Of a stretch of 64,000 nt of DNA, positions 1 through 12,370 are shown piece by piece (the first letter of the stretch is position 1; every line of letters begins with the position of its first letter). A model generated the notes under the pieces. That model saw nothing but the letters and a program-made list of their open reading frames with translations. It ran no database searches and was not told the DNA's origin. A program made the translations under genes and the position numbers. The stretch comes from Phoronis australis (Eukaryota > Animalia > Phoronida), in assembly GCA_002633005.1 (NCBI GenBank), contig NMRA01000217.1:490417-554416 (forward strand), in the 5' to 3' direction.

Positions 1-1555
1 CTTCACAAATTACAAAGTAGCCGATTGAACATGCCTTTCAGTTCAGCAAAAGTCGCCATGTTGTCGGTGCCGCCAGAAATGAGACGAAGTCCAACGGGAA
101 TTGTGAGCACATTTATCACTTAATGAGTAACAACTGCGAGGCTGAAATTTGGTGAACACTGTTAAATCGTGCAGAATAGTAAGTAAAGATATGTCTAACT
201 AAATTTCACCGTAATTTGCTGGCGAAAACAATTTACACAAATTTTTGAACTCGTAACTTATCCCGCTGTCCTCCAATATGGCCGACGCAATCCAAACAAA
301 GTGACCCAAAGTTCGCCACAAAACTTGCAATAACTTTACAGTTCTTGCCCCGGTTTTTCGATTTTTACTGAGTAGAATGTCCTACCTTTCCGATGATAGC
401 AAAATACTTTTTCAAAACGAGGAAAAAAATAAAACCGAAAAAAATTGGTTCGACCCATATTGGTTCCCTAGGTTCGACCGGCCTACGTAAGGAACTAAAC
501 ACCAATGCTATTTTAACATACTAAGTACGCGTAACATTCCAAAAAAAATCAACGACCACTAACTACAAACTATAAATACACTACATATGCAAACGAATCA
601 CGATATATTACTAATAAAACAAAATAATGAAGACTTTTCGAGCAAGCCATAGCACATTCAGTTACAAGGAAAAATGGCGGCGTTCAGGACAAGTTCCTGA
701 ACTGATGAGCCGGAAATGTGGGTACGGAAATAACCGATGACAACCGGTAATCATACGCTCAGAGAGAAGGGTCAACTACTGTTAAAAATTGCTTTTGGCA
801 AGAAAGGCGAAAAGAATATAAAGAATGGGTGTCGAAATTAAGAATTTATGTAGTAAGTATTTTCGGATACTGGAACCACATGGGCAATTTGAGAGAAGGA
901 CTTTAAATAGATTGAAAGTTGTACTTTGGTGTCTGGAATAACAAATGTGTATACTGTAAATCATTATTTGCATTTACTCAAATTTGACAGTTTTGTGCTG
1001 GGCAGGGGACATAATCCACAGACCACTTTTCCTAGCTAATTTTAGTAGCCGTTTTTGTGACCCTCGTACTTGTAGCTTCATGTAACTTTTTGAACATACA
1101 GCTAAATAGTAAATCTTCATGACTGACCAAAAACATCTTGCTTCAACTTTGCATTTAGTGAAAAGTGTCTTCCAAAACTGTCAATTTTGGAAACGATGAG
1201 TTAGTTTACAAACAAATTGGACGAAAATTTAAGCAAGAAATCTGCTTGAAATTGTTATAAAAGTCAACTTTAACTTCTTTCAAATGAAAACAAAATGTTT
1301 TCTAGATGTATCACGCGATCATTTTCGAAACTGAACTCGATGACCTTTGTCCCGTGAGTCAGTAGACATTAGGTTTGAGGATATATAAAAACGTGTACAT
1401 TTAACCTTCTGGTTTTCTTTCATTATCATTTATTTGAGAATTGCAGGTCAACTAAGTGGAAATAAATCCCTTTGAAGTTTGAAATTGTAAGAATTGGTAT
1501 TTGTTAAGACTGTTTTTGCGGCTATCATGATCTAAAAAAGGAAGAACGAAATCAG

Positions 1556-1716
1556 GCGTGCGTTCAGTAACGCTAAGACCTACGCTAGGACCTACAGTAG
1601 CTAAAATCTAGTTTTAGTCACGTGTTCTCACTTTAAATACACGGAAATATCTCACGTAATCTCGCGAAGTCTTGGTTTTTAGCGAGGTCCTACTAGTAGC
1701 GTTACTGTACGGGAGG
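1556..1716 (+). mobile_element. ~160 bp MITE with CWG flanks (PIF/Harbinger-group, NuwaI-like)
   Basis: Absent from copy B (empty site aaat-ctg-ttt at ~27303); imperfect TIR gcgtgcgttcagtaacgcta / tagcgttactgtacgggagg; flanks CAG and CTG; reverse copy at 56064-56214. Confidence 0.8.
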
Positions 1717-2836
1717 CTGTTTCTGATCGTTTAGAGAGTACCGGTATTCATCACAAAAGCTTGTTGGTTTTAGTCAATCTTGCTAAGACACTACAGAACA
1801 TCTGCGATACCGCATCAATCAAGACCAGTGCCAGCGTACGAGCTCGTAGTCGCCAGGATAGGTAAATATGTGACTGAGCAGGACCAGTCGTGGAGTCAAA
1901 TCACTGTGCAAAAAAAAGTTCACCGAAGAGAATTTGGTACCGGTTTTGGCACCGGCAAGCAGAAAGTGTCTGTACCCTGAACACCCAAGACCTTCCAGAA
2001 GAAAATCTGAACCAGGTATTTTCTTCAACGGGTGGATATTGGATCAGTTTGGACAGCTAGACTGAGAATCGGCACTAACCTTCAACTTAAAGAGCCACAA
2101 GATCAAGTGTCACTGTTGCAATTAATGATGACTCGGATATTGTTTACAAGTCCACTCCATAAACGCACATACTTGATATTAATATTTTCTGAATCATCTC
2201 GCCATGGTGATCATGGTGATTGAAAAATGTATTACTCTTATCGATTAGGCTCTTCTTATTCCTGTATTCGCTGTTTTTACGAGGTGTTCATTTGCGGCAG
2301 CCAATCTCGATTGACCGCCATTATAAAACTGCGACACTTTTTGGCAGAAATGATAACTACAATAATCACGCGTGTGCGGTCTGAAGACCCCAAAATTGGC
2401 TAGTATACTGAAGATAGCCCGTGGTACAGTAGGGAAACTGAGTAAAAAGCAGTAATAGTCATTTATAAAGGATTGCCTCTTCAAAACTTCTTCTTTAGAA
2501 AAAACACGAGAGTGTGTTCTCACGGACAAATACAGTCCTCAAAAAAAAAAACAAAAAAAAAAACACTTGTCCTCTCAAGGACAAGATTTCGGCTCGTTTT
2601 ATGGCAGACATTCGTCATCTCAGGGACAAAAACTGTTTCAAACAAGTGGAATTAGGTAATAACATAACTAATATCACTGGCACGCTAAAATACACGAACA
2701 CAGGAACACATTCTGCATCGAACACTAACTTCACTCTAGGTTAACCGTTAGTTATCGTTATCAATCCTGCCGAGGACTTTTAAAAATGGCTGCCTCACCA
2801 AATCCGCATTGTAAATGAACGCATCGGAAAAACTTG

Positions 2837-3212
2837 AAAATTTTCAGTAACAAGTGACCATTCAGTACAAGTTATGCGTTTTTGGTATCATCGTGATAAT
2901 ACATGTAGGGTTCAGAAAATAGTAGTATCAAATAGAGTCGGATTGTAAACAATAACTTGATGACCTAACTTTGCTTTCCTAGTGCTCGCCATACCAGTAT
3001 TGATATATCGTCAAGTTGAGGTGAAATGACAATGAAATTATCAGTAACAAGTGACCAATCAGTACAAGTTATACGTTTTTGGTATCACCGTGATTATAGG
3101 GTTCAGAAAATAGTTGTATCAAATAGAGTCGGATTGTAAACAATAACCCGATGACCCAACTTTGCTTTCCTAGTGCTCGCCATACCAGTATCGTAGTTGA
3201 GGTGAAATGACA
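2837..3212 (+). repeat. ~190 bp tandem duplication private to copy A
   Basis: 'tcagtaacaagtgacca...gttgaggtgaaatgaca' occurs twice (2844, 3041) but once in copy B (28396). Confidence 0.9.
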
Positions 3213-3222
3213 GTAGTCAGTC

Positions 3223-3413
3223 CGGTAGCGTAGCGAGCACCTTCCTGACCTCCGTCGACACCTCACTAAGTGGCCCCCATCCCGGGTTGGTAGGTATGTA
3301 ACCCCCCAGTTACCAGAAGCCTGGTGCCCCCCCCTCAGTTGGACGACACCTGTTTAGCACACTCCCCCCGTTCGGCACGTACCCGGCGGCATCTGACCCA
3401 TGCTACGGCACTG
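3223..3413. mobile_element. hAT-type MITE, 8-bp TSD
   Basis: Ends cggtagcgtagc / gctacggcactg; perfect TSD agtcagtc (3215-3222, 3414-3421); same insertion at 28578-28767 and 43089-43247. Confidence 0.85.
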
Positions 3414-3465
3414 AGTCAGTCACTTGGTGTTTGCTGTGAAGTCCAGACCGAGCGTTGTGTTGAAG

Positions 3466-4166
3466 TATAGCGTGTTATGTGTTGCAAAATTCAATGTTAT
3501 CCACGTTTTAGTGTTTCATTAGATTATGTATTCATTGTTCATTACTATTGTATTCGATGTTTAGATTTCTGTTCGATGTTATTGTATGTGTTCAAGCTGT
3601 TTTGTATTTGTGTTCGATAACGTCAAGTTTTCGTTCGATTTTATTTCCGGTTATATTCGATAATGAAACTCTCGGTAAATTGAAACGACAGCTGTCAGCG
3701 GAACTTGTTGAGTAGCCCTGGGCTTGAAGCTTTGGTTTGTTGTTGGCTGGTCAGGGCAAGAATCGAGTTCCTCACGAAAGCGCTCGTCAATGGACTTAAG
3801 GGCTTATAAATAGGCATCTATCTGTTACGTAGCATCAGTCACCACCTCAGAATCGCTTGAACTGATTTCGTGTTCACAAATATCGATGAATTGGGCTAAA
3901 CTGTCGAAAAAATGAGGAAACCCTACGGTAGCCGCCATTTAATCGGGAACCAATCACGGACGTCGTTTCATAATACCAATAATTCCGTTATTGAACATGT
4001 AAAACGAAAAATCAAACATACAGTAAGTCAATCGCACGTTAATATTTTCATTATGGAATACAAAAATTTTAACATCTAATGTATAAATATAAGATATCGG
4101 ATACATATGATTACATCAAATATAATTTTTTTGTACATTGAGTTTTGCAGCACATAACACGCCATA
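3466..4166 (-). mobile_element. Non-autonomous IS3EU-type DNA transposon
   Basis: 32-bp TIR tatagcgtgttatgtgttgcaaaattcaatgt / acattgagttttgcagcacataacacgccata; TAT..ATA termini; 6-bp TSD ttgaag; stop-interrupted frame MAATVGFPHFFDSLAQFIDICEHE from 3938 on minus strand; absent from copy C. Confidence 0.8.
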
Positions 4167-5560
4167 TTGAAGTGTGTTTACTTTATGTCTCATGCATTGA
4201 GTCATTAATGACAGTGTCTTTCATGAATTGTTTTCTCTTGACCTTTCATACCGTTAATGATCGCACTGTAAGAAATAATCAAAGTTGGGGTGGCCGGCGA
4301 CCGATACGGAGATTAAACTAAAATTCGTAGGAACCTATGGGGACATTACAGTATGAACGCAAAATGAGATTTCACCGAGTTGAAGAATTTTGCAACGAAC
4401 AGATGGCCATAACCCCCTTAGAAGCCTACCTTCCCATGCCAGTGGTTCTCTCAACTAAAGTAAAGGCAAATTCGACTGGTAGTCGCGTCCACAATCTCCA
4501 AGTAAAGAAACAGCGACGCCATCTATCATTTAGAAGAACCACGCCTGCCAGTCACAATATATGTACATAGCTTTTGTAATACGCATTAATCTTCAGTGTG
4601 GTTTGGAGAGTTTGGTAATTAGTTGTGCTGTCTATTTTTTTTTCTCTAAAATACAGGCAGTTTACGTCGTTTCTATAAGCTAATTACACGTTTCATGAGA
4701 CCTCCTATTAGTGGTTGAGGCAACAGAGAACAGGCAAATAGGACGAAGTGCCGTTCGTGTAATGCTTTGTAAGCAAAATGTCGGTCGGGATTAATAAAGG
4801 ATTAACTCGAACCAGTCTTCAGTCAATCTTCGCACCGAAAGCTATTAGCACCGGTCTGTAACAATCTGCGCCCACCCACACACGGGGAAAAACGTGATAT
4901 ACAAACTATAGGAGATGCTAGATTTTTTATATTAGATTGTGAAGAGAGAGGTTAGGAATGACTAAACATATTATTATGAGGTCAGTTTTTAAAACAGTGC
5001 AATATGGCTGCTACAGATTGCCAAAGTTGGTGGAAAATGGCTTCAGTGAAAACCTGCAAACTAGCCGTTCTTGCTACACAAAATCAAAACATACAAATTT
5101 GAATATGAAGTTTGAAACTTATCCCATTAAATTATGCAATCATAGTCCTTTAAGCCGTACATGTATCACTCGTTTGTTATCAGCTAGCTATACATGTACA
5201 TGCTAGTAAAATTCTTTCAAACTTGTCTACTTCGGCGCCAAATTTTGTTGCAAACTGGGAGTACATGTCATAAAAAGAGAAATAAGGGACGAAAATTTTT
5301 AAAAAGCGAAATTTTTGTACATCTCACCAAACCAAACTCATCTGCTAAGTCAAAAAAAGTCTGTGTTTCTGGGTATAGACTCTACAATTATATAAAACAA
5401 CTTGATTTTTTGCATTGCGCTCAATCGGGTGTGTTTCTTTTTAAATTGCCAATTAATTTGCAAGAATGGCACTTGGTTATGAAATAATGGCATTGAAGCG
5501 TCAAAGCTTTAAGGATTGCTACTTTCGTGGGTCAAAAATGTCCTAGTTTCGGACAAGATA

Positions 5561-5715
5561 CAGGGGCGGATCCAGGATTTTGGGTTAGGGTAGGCCAGGG
5601 CAGAGTATTAGCCGGGATTTTGCCTGTCAGGCATTCGCACCCCCGAACTGCAAAATGGACTCTGGGAGAATTTTAGGGGGACATGGCTCCCTTGGCCCCC
5701 CTAAATCAGCCACTA
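5561..5715 (+). mobile_element. ~155 bp hAT-like MITE (5-bp TSD family)
   Basis: caggggcggatccagg ... cctaaatcagccacta; other copies at 29606, 29931, 32956, 59110. Confidence 0.85.
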
Positions 5716-6180
5716 ATACGAATGATGCGGCAAACAAAAGCCTATGAGCACAACTGTGACTACAGTATACATGTATGCATAGAAAATAAAAAAAATGTTA
5801 ACAAGGCTTAATCCCGGTGCATCCCGTTAATTCAGTTTTCAATATCCAAAAAGAAAATGGACAATCCAACTTTTGTTCAATATCCCAAACTCCAACCAAC
5901 ATAACAAAAATTGAAAACCCAATATTTATTGAGAGGATATCAAACCCGCTTTTGGCCTATTAAGATATATAGAAAACGATGTTCCAATCCAATTCTGTGA
6001 AACAAAATAATGCTCTGCAAGCCTCGACAACCCTCAAAGATTCGAAGCACAGTTGGAACATTTCTTTCAAAGTCTGCTAAACGGACAAGCATGACGTACG
6101 CTTTTAGGAGTTACACAGCAACTGTGGGAAAGACCACCCACTAAGATCCATAATAACCACTCTGTGACATAGAGAGTACT

Positions 6181-6292
6181 AGTTTTTAAATGATTCTACT
6201 TTTGTCGTTCAAGACTGATGCAATAATTCATTAGTATACGATAGAACGAGGAATGGTCGAAATCATCAAGGCAGGATTTAGTATCCTTTTAA
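6181..6292 (-). mobile_element. Terminal fragment of the TTAA element family at 15317
   Basis: Reverse-complement similarity to 15313-15427, ending 'tttagtatccttttaa'; also at ~33579-33689. Confidence 0.6.
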
Positions 6293-6544
6293 GCATTCGA
6301 TTTTCAATTCGTGAAATTAAACTTGAAAATCGGATTTCCAATTGTTTGTTTTCCATGTTGAAATTTGAATTAACTACTGATATTGTATTTCCCGTTCATG
6401 TACATTGTCGGTTGGCAGCGAATTGAAACTCTGACCCGCCTTAGTAACAAAATGCTCCATGGTGCCTACTCCGATACCCAGATTGTAATCCTGTATATCC
6501 AAATCGGACGCAGTGTCAGCCGGGACCCCGACTTTACAGCTTGT

Positions 6545-7340
6545 ACAATGGCGTAGCTAAGATTATCGACATAAGAGCGGAAGTCAGTCGACGACATGAC
6601 ACTTCTTCCCACTGAGGGGCTACCATTTTTGTACCGCGCCCTCTCTCCCTGTTGCTACGTCACTACGTATTGGGTCACATATCCACTACCGTTAACTATT
6701 TTTGAACCTCGCTCGTTTGTACACCCCTTAGTCATAAACTTTGGTTTGTGCCCCCTCATAGGTCATCCCTTAGTCATCCCGTCTACGCCAACACCTATCG
6801 GAGATGGACAGGGGGGGGGGGGGGTAATTTTAACATTTGTGGGGACCGGGGACCGACGGAGAGAAATTAATTTGTCGTATAACTTTTAAAGGAGTGACAA
6901 CATTGGCAGCAGGGTCAAATGGCAAGACAACGATTTTTGGCTATTTTCCAAAAGTGATAACAGATTATCTGAGAAATATTGTTTATTCTATTAGAAAGAG
7001 CGCTTATTTTTTCTACATAATATGATAATTATGGTCTCAAAATGTTGAATTCAACACTCGTTATCGGAATTTCCAAGGCGCGCTCCTACATGTAGTTATA
7101 TCGTTGATGTATAGATGGCGTTCAGGTCAAGTAAATTGTATACTGTCGTCTCACGTAGCCTCTTCTAAGCTGCGGTCATATCATACGTATGTAAACGCAG
7201 ACTATTGTCATGCAAACACCTGGAAATACTTAAAGAGGCTTGCGAATGTCAAACAAGAAACCACGGCATTTCTAAAATATCTTAGCCCCAATTAATGATG
7301 TTTCTAAGCTGTGACAGAAAGTTATCCTGCTACGGCGTAG
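6545..7340 (+). mobile_element. ~800 bp hAT-like deletion derivative
   Basis: Copy-B counterpart 33949-34751 has ends cagtggcgtagc / gctacggccacgg; no TSD recognisable. Confidence 0.5.
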
Positions 7341-7408
7341 GCATAAGATTTGAGTTTTGGTTTAAATGATCAACATTTTCATAGGCGGATTTAGGGGGGG
7401 GGGGGGGG

Positions 7409-7535
7409 NNNNNNNNNNNNNNNNNNNNNNNNNNNNNNNNNNNNNNNNNNNNNNNNNNNNNNNNNNNNNNNNNNNNNNNNNNNNNNNNNNNNNNNNNNNN
7501 NNNNNNNNNNNNNNNNNNNNNNNNNNNNNNNNNNN
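7409..7535. other. Assembly gap (run of N) inside poly-G
   Basis: Directly visible. Confidence 1.
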
Positions 7536-8011
7536 GGGGGGGGGCTCAAATCCAATTTCAAGTGTCAAATTCGGAACACGGCGCATTCGTAACGGAACTG
7601 TGGCTAAGTCAAAGATGCTATATCTATAAAATCTTTGGCTAAGTATAGGCTCTACCGCGATATCCCAGGCGACCGGCAGTGGCGCTGCGCACTTCGACTC
7701 CGTTTCCGTCGTCTGCTCCACTGTGCAATGAAGAAAATTTACTTCATTTTTTAAAGAAAATGGAACCTGAGTGACGATGAAAAAACAGAAGCTGCTGGTA
7801 AGATGTGAATTTTAATCAAAGACTTAGTGAATCACTCACTTTGGGGCATTTGAAGACTATTTTAAATACGACAAATTTGTTAAGAATTGCTGGCACAAAG
7901 TATAAAACGTGTAATAAGCATTACAAAAAGAAGTAGGTTTCGCGCGCTACACTGTGGACCATAAACAAGTAGGTCTCTTAGTATGAGATTAGTAGTTTTA
8001 ACTACTAAAAA

Positions 8012-8085
8012 TCGTGGTGGTGTAGTGGTAACGCACGCGCGCTCTTTCCGCCATGTCGTGAGTTTGAGTCTTTGGTACTTGCAGT
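8012..8085 (+). other. Decayed tRNA-like Pol III head (A/B boxes), possible SINE remnant
   Basis: A-box-like tggtgtagtgg (8018) and B-box-like gagtttgagtc (8060) at tRNA-like spacing; no intact cloverleaf. Confidence 0.3.
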
Positions 8086-10178
8086 TTTTCCTGTTTGACA
8101 CGTTCTCCGTGTTTTGTTGTTTTTTTGCCTTTTTTTCTTGGATAATACTTCAGGAATCAAGGAAAATGCTTTATTTTTTGAGGTAAAAACAGAAAAATTT
8201 CCTGGGCGACCTCCCCCCATTCGGTGCTATGCGCATCTACAATCGTGGTTCAGTTTGCGCAAATGCTTACAGCCGGACAAAATGTTGGCCCCCCCTTGTG
8301 ATATCCTATATCCGCCACTGATTATCACTGTAAATTGTTGTGGAACAAATATTGGTGATATTTTCACAATCTAATGTCCCTAAACATTTCCAAGTTCAAG
8401 TTCGGCTGCTTTCGATTTGAGAATTGGCAAAGGCTGTGGCACATGCGAAATGATGTTAAATTTCCAGCCATGATATCGGGATATGATATTTAATTTCCAG
8501 CCACATCAGAGTGTTCTCTATCAAAGGTAAACAAATCCCCATTTAGAGTTTCAAAGCCGAAATTGTTCTTGAAACCCTATTTCACACACCACCTCGATTG
8601 GTTTTGTGAATTCGCAACAGGTGGCGAAAGCATCGTTTGAACCTACAGTGTATGTCAAAACTGCTTTATTTTCTGTCTAAATTAAGACCGAAGACCAAAG
8701 CCCGACTTCGTTTCCCTGAAAAAGTCTTTTCTGAATTTTCGTCTTAACTTAGCCCAAATTTCAGTTTTACACAAATGTTTGATTTAAAATCTTAAATCAG
8801 TTTTAATGAAACGAGCATCTAATTAGCTCTTATTGACGACGCCCAGCTTTGAAACCAATCATATGCCACAGTCGGTTTACCCGGATAACTGTCAATCAAG
8901 TGCAGCGATTGCCTTCTGTATTGTGGAGCACTAGTAGTTTGTTGCCTGGAACCCTGCATTACTAAGATGAATCGCCGTGACAAGCGAACCTAAAAATCAC
9001 TTATAATCCGAACCCAAAGAACAGATTGAGATCAGTTTTGTTAAGTTATGATATTAAATTAAACGTAATTTTTACCGAAGGTGGTTCATGGCAGCTTTAA
9101 AATACTCTGTGGTTATACTGCCAGCTGACTGAGAACGTCAAGAATCTCAACTTCAAGCTGGGAACAAGGACGTTTCTTTTCATAAATCATGCATATTTGG
9201 GATGACCAACGTTTGTAACGACCAATTTGCAAGAAGCATAAAGAAGATTTATAGCTGATTTGTCATGGTCATTGGTTTAACAGTTGTATTAATTATTTCC
9301 CTTTCTAGTCTACGTTAAACAATGCGGAGCATTTTTAAAGTAATATATACATGTGTACCAGCATATTAATGCATTCTATTTCTGAGAAAATTAAGTCAGC
9401 GCAATGGAATATATTCCGCTGGTCGTTATCGTTTCCGTTTGCAGTAACAGTTCAATAACATTTGAAAATAATGTGTTTAACATCACTCATTCTCGAACGA
9501 AATGAATTCACGCCTAGGTGTACGGATGATCCGAATAACTCTCGTGGCTATTGACTACGACTGCAAAAGAAAACCTTGAACTTGGTAATCAAAATTTCCG
9601 TAAGAATTTTGGCAGCAAATATTGCTTGAAAATCCTCCAAGGCTTTGGCTAGCTAGAGAGAGAGGTTGACAACGGAAAGACAGAATGCCAAACACGTGAA
9701 AATATTAAGCGTAGAGTTGCCTATAGCGCCCCTTTGGAGATAGAGACAGTGCTGACAATGGGTACATATGAGGTGACGTCAATGAAGCTGGTAAACATTT
9801 GTCAGATTTTTCCCAGAAGTTTTGATAACCGAATTCGTGACACCTCAAAGCTTTAACTAGAGATACAATGTAAATGGAACGCTGCACGAATTTGAATTGT
9901 CTCAGTCAATCGGTGCTCAACTATGTTTTTTAAATTTTCAGCACAGTTGTGGAAATGTAGACACTGACACCTTTTGTCGTTTCTTTTGATTAAGGTAACT
10001 GTGAACCTTTTTTACCAGGCTGTACTTATGTGCAATTATCTTAAAATTAGCTCTAACCACTACAAAGTATATATTTTCTGAAAAGTGAATACATTTTCTA
10101 AAAAAGATATTATTCTTTTTTTCACGAGATATGCGTTTTTCAATAAAAAAAATCTTTTGACTTTGAACAGAGATTTTT

Positions 10179-10268
10179 ATGATGATGAAGATGATGATTG
10201 TGATGATGATGATGATGATGATGATGATGGTAATGATGAAGATGATGATGATGATGATAATAATGATG
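10179..10268. repeat. (GAT)n microsatellite
   Basis: Imperfect GAT run; begins where copy A stops matching copy B. Confidence 0.95.
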
Positions 10269-10837
10269 CATTTCCACGTAGCTTCGCGGATGCACTGGAT
10301 AGTATGATTTAACGTTGAGTTTAAATAAGATTTTTACGAAGGTTCAATAACTGGAAATTTTTAGTTAAAGCACAGGGTTTAGCAAGCACGTATCCACCTT
10401 AGCAAGCATCTCATTATATGCACGACTTAGTACACCCGTCTTACACAGGCAATATTTTGTTATCACGGCATTAAATGAGTTTTCGCTCACTTGCTCAAAT
10501 GTATTTATCGACTTTTTCGTTAAGCGTCGGCCGCTACGGAAATATACCGGTTAAGAAAATATTTGTGATTTTTTGTTTTTTTCAAGTTACTAATTGAAAG
10601 CAAGTGCATTGATCCCGTAAGGACATTAGACATCCCGTTATGAGACATAAGATTAGGAACTTTAATGGACATCTGATATGCGTGCCTTTGAGAAGAGCGT
10701 AGATAATGTCAAAAATATTTTAAAAACTTTAAAAGGACTACATTAAGCGACAATAAACAATGTGAAGTTGAAAAAAAACATCACCCCATATTACACTCGT
10801 TTTAAGATCGGTGTTGCATAAAATACGAAATGCGAAT

Positions 10838-10864
10838 AAACAACAACAACAACAACAACAACAT

Positions 10865-10899
<35 letters not shown>

Positions 10900-10900
10900 A
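10838..10900. repeat. (AAC)n/(AGC)n compound microsatellite
   Basis: Directly visible. Confidence 0.95.
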
Positions 10901-11308
10901 TAACACAAAACATTAAGAATCATGCGCGTACCCAGCCTTTAATATGTGGGGCTTGAATTTCTGACGATGTGGACCTTTTGCCGACAAAAAAGCAGGAGGA
11001 CTAAAAAAAGGTACCACCTTCGGAATTGTGAACTGTGTGTTTACGCCTTTTTTGTGAAGTTTTGCCTCGTTTTCTCGGACATTTTGTTTCTCTGAGGCGG
11101 ACCTTTGTCCCACTTCGCCAAATGGGGGGGTTCCCCTGGGTGCGCGCATTAGAATATTAGCAACAGATAGACCTTCGAATTGATTTGTCGGCAAATGCAA
11201 AACCGGTCGGGCTTACGTGTACCGATTACAGCTAGTAGGTTTCATCCTGCGATAGATCTTTGATATTGCCACAATGACTGGATACATGCGTTTTCGTCGC
11301 ATTAAACT

Positions 11309-11505
11309 GGGGGNGGGGGGGGGGGGGCAGCAGCAGTAGCACCGGCGGCGGTAGCGACAGCAGTAGGAGGAGTAGCAGCAGAAGAGTCAATAGCTGTAGG
11401 ATGAGAGGCAGCAGCAACAGCAGCAAAAGGAGAGACAGCATCAGCAATAACAATACATACGCAGTAGCAACAGGGACAGCAAAACCAGCAACAGTAATAG
11501 CAGTA
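11309..11505. repeat. Poly-G followed by degenerate (CAG/TAG/CAA)n low-complexity tract
   Basis: Directly visible; explains the poly-L/poly-A ORFs on the minus strand. Confidence 0.9.
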
Positions 11506-12059
11506 ACTGTTGATTCTTACTGAACGTTTTCTGTATTGTAGCACATTTTAATCCAATGAGAATTTCGGTTTGCCAATGGAAATGAAAGACTTTGGGCATG
11601 AAGAACATTTCTGATACAAGAGATGGCCTCTTGAAAGAAGCGCCATCATTTGATTTATTGGCAGACCAGTAGTATCGCGAGCATGATCTGGTTTTGATGT
11701 ACACGTCGTTTTCGATAGCACAGTAACTGTTTCGAATGAGTGTCGAATTATATACGTTTTAAGAAACTGGTTCTTTGTCGACGAGAAATTATTTTTTGTA
11801 CCTATGTACATTGTTACTACTTTGACGGCAAAGTAAACAAAATTTAAGCGTTTGACACGCGACACGACAATAACATTCATTAAAGTCCCATCAGTTGAGT
11901 TAAAAAAGCTATGAGACTACGAAAACAACTGCAACGTACTCTCTAGGGGTTAATCTAAGCTTTTGGAAAGTGTGAAAGTGATAACGCATCTATGCATATT
12001 TTTCTTTTATTGTTTTGTTCTCTCTAATAACCCGATAAAAACACTTAATCAGTTTGCAT

Positions 12060-12370
12060 TCTGACTTTTAAATTTGAGGTGCATTCAAACTTTGACATCA
12101 GTATGTATCCCATAGGTAGCATTATTTAATGTTATCCATGTACTTTCCATACTGACATGTTGTTTGATTGTCATGCTCTTAAAGGATCGTCGCAGTGTGC
12201 ATCACCGCTGCACCAACTACAGACAACAATACCATTCAAGCAGCAGTGACGGCATCATCAGAGTACTGAACCATCAGCCGAGGAATGGTATTTGGTGGCA
12301 AACGATGTTCGATCAGTTCACACCAAGTTATACTTTAAAGTCAAGACAAGATACATTCTTGTTTCCCAAT
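12060..12370 (-). repeat. Old dispersed repeat with Cys-rich coding remnant; inverted relative at 19710-20000
   Basis: ORF-track translations 12164+ and 19705- align; the opposite strands read CRHCCLNGIVVCSWCSGDAH and CSQCCLSRVVCCWCSSDAH with stops nearby. Confidence 0.7.

Larger units (their letters stand above)
7380..8320. mobile_element. ~940 bp hAT-like element with poly-G subterminal tract, present only in copy A
   Basis: TIR cataggcggatttagg / cctatatccgccactg; flanks atttt / attat; absent at 34789-34803 in copy B; contains the assembly gap. Confidence 0.8.
899..10178 (+). repeat. Composite ~10 kb non-coding repeat unit, copy A (truncated at both ends)
   Basis: Colinear match to 26668-36617 from 'ttaaatagattgaaagttgtactttggtgtctggaataacaaatg' to 'cttttgactttgaacagaga'; roughly 90% identity by eye; no long ORF. 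Confidence 0.95.

Noticed and set aside
1-898. Probable transposon end interrupting copy A
   Set aside because: The other end lies outside the window; no TIR or TSD can be verified.
10085-10312. Asp-rich ORF suggestive of a biomineralisation protein
   Set aside because: It is the (GAT)n microsatellite read through from repeat copy A, with a GTG start.
11232-11704. Poly-Leu/Ala/Pro ORFs resembling signal peptides
   Set aside because: Translations of degenerate CAG/poly-G low-complexity DNA containing an N.
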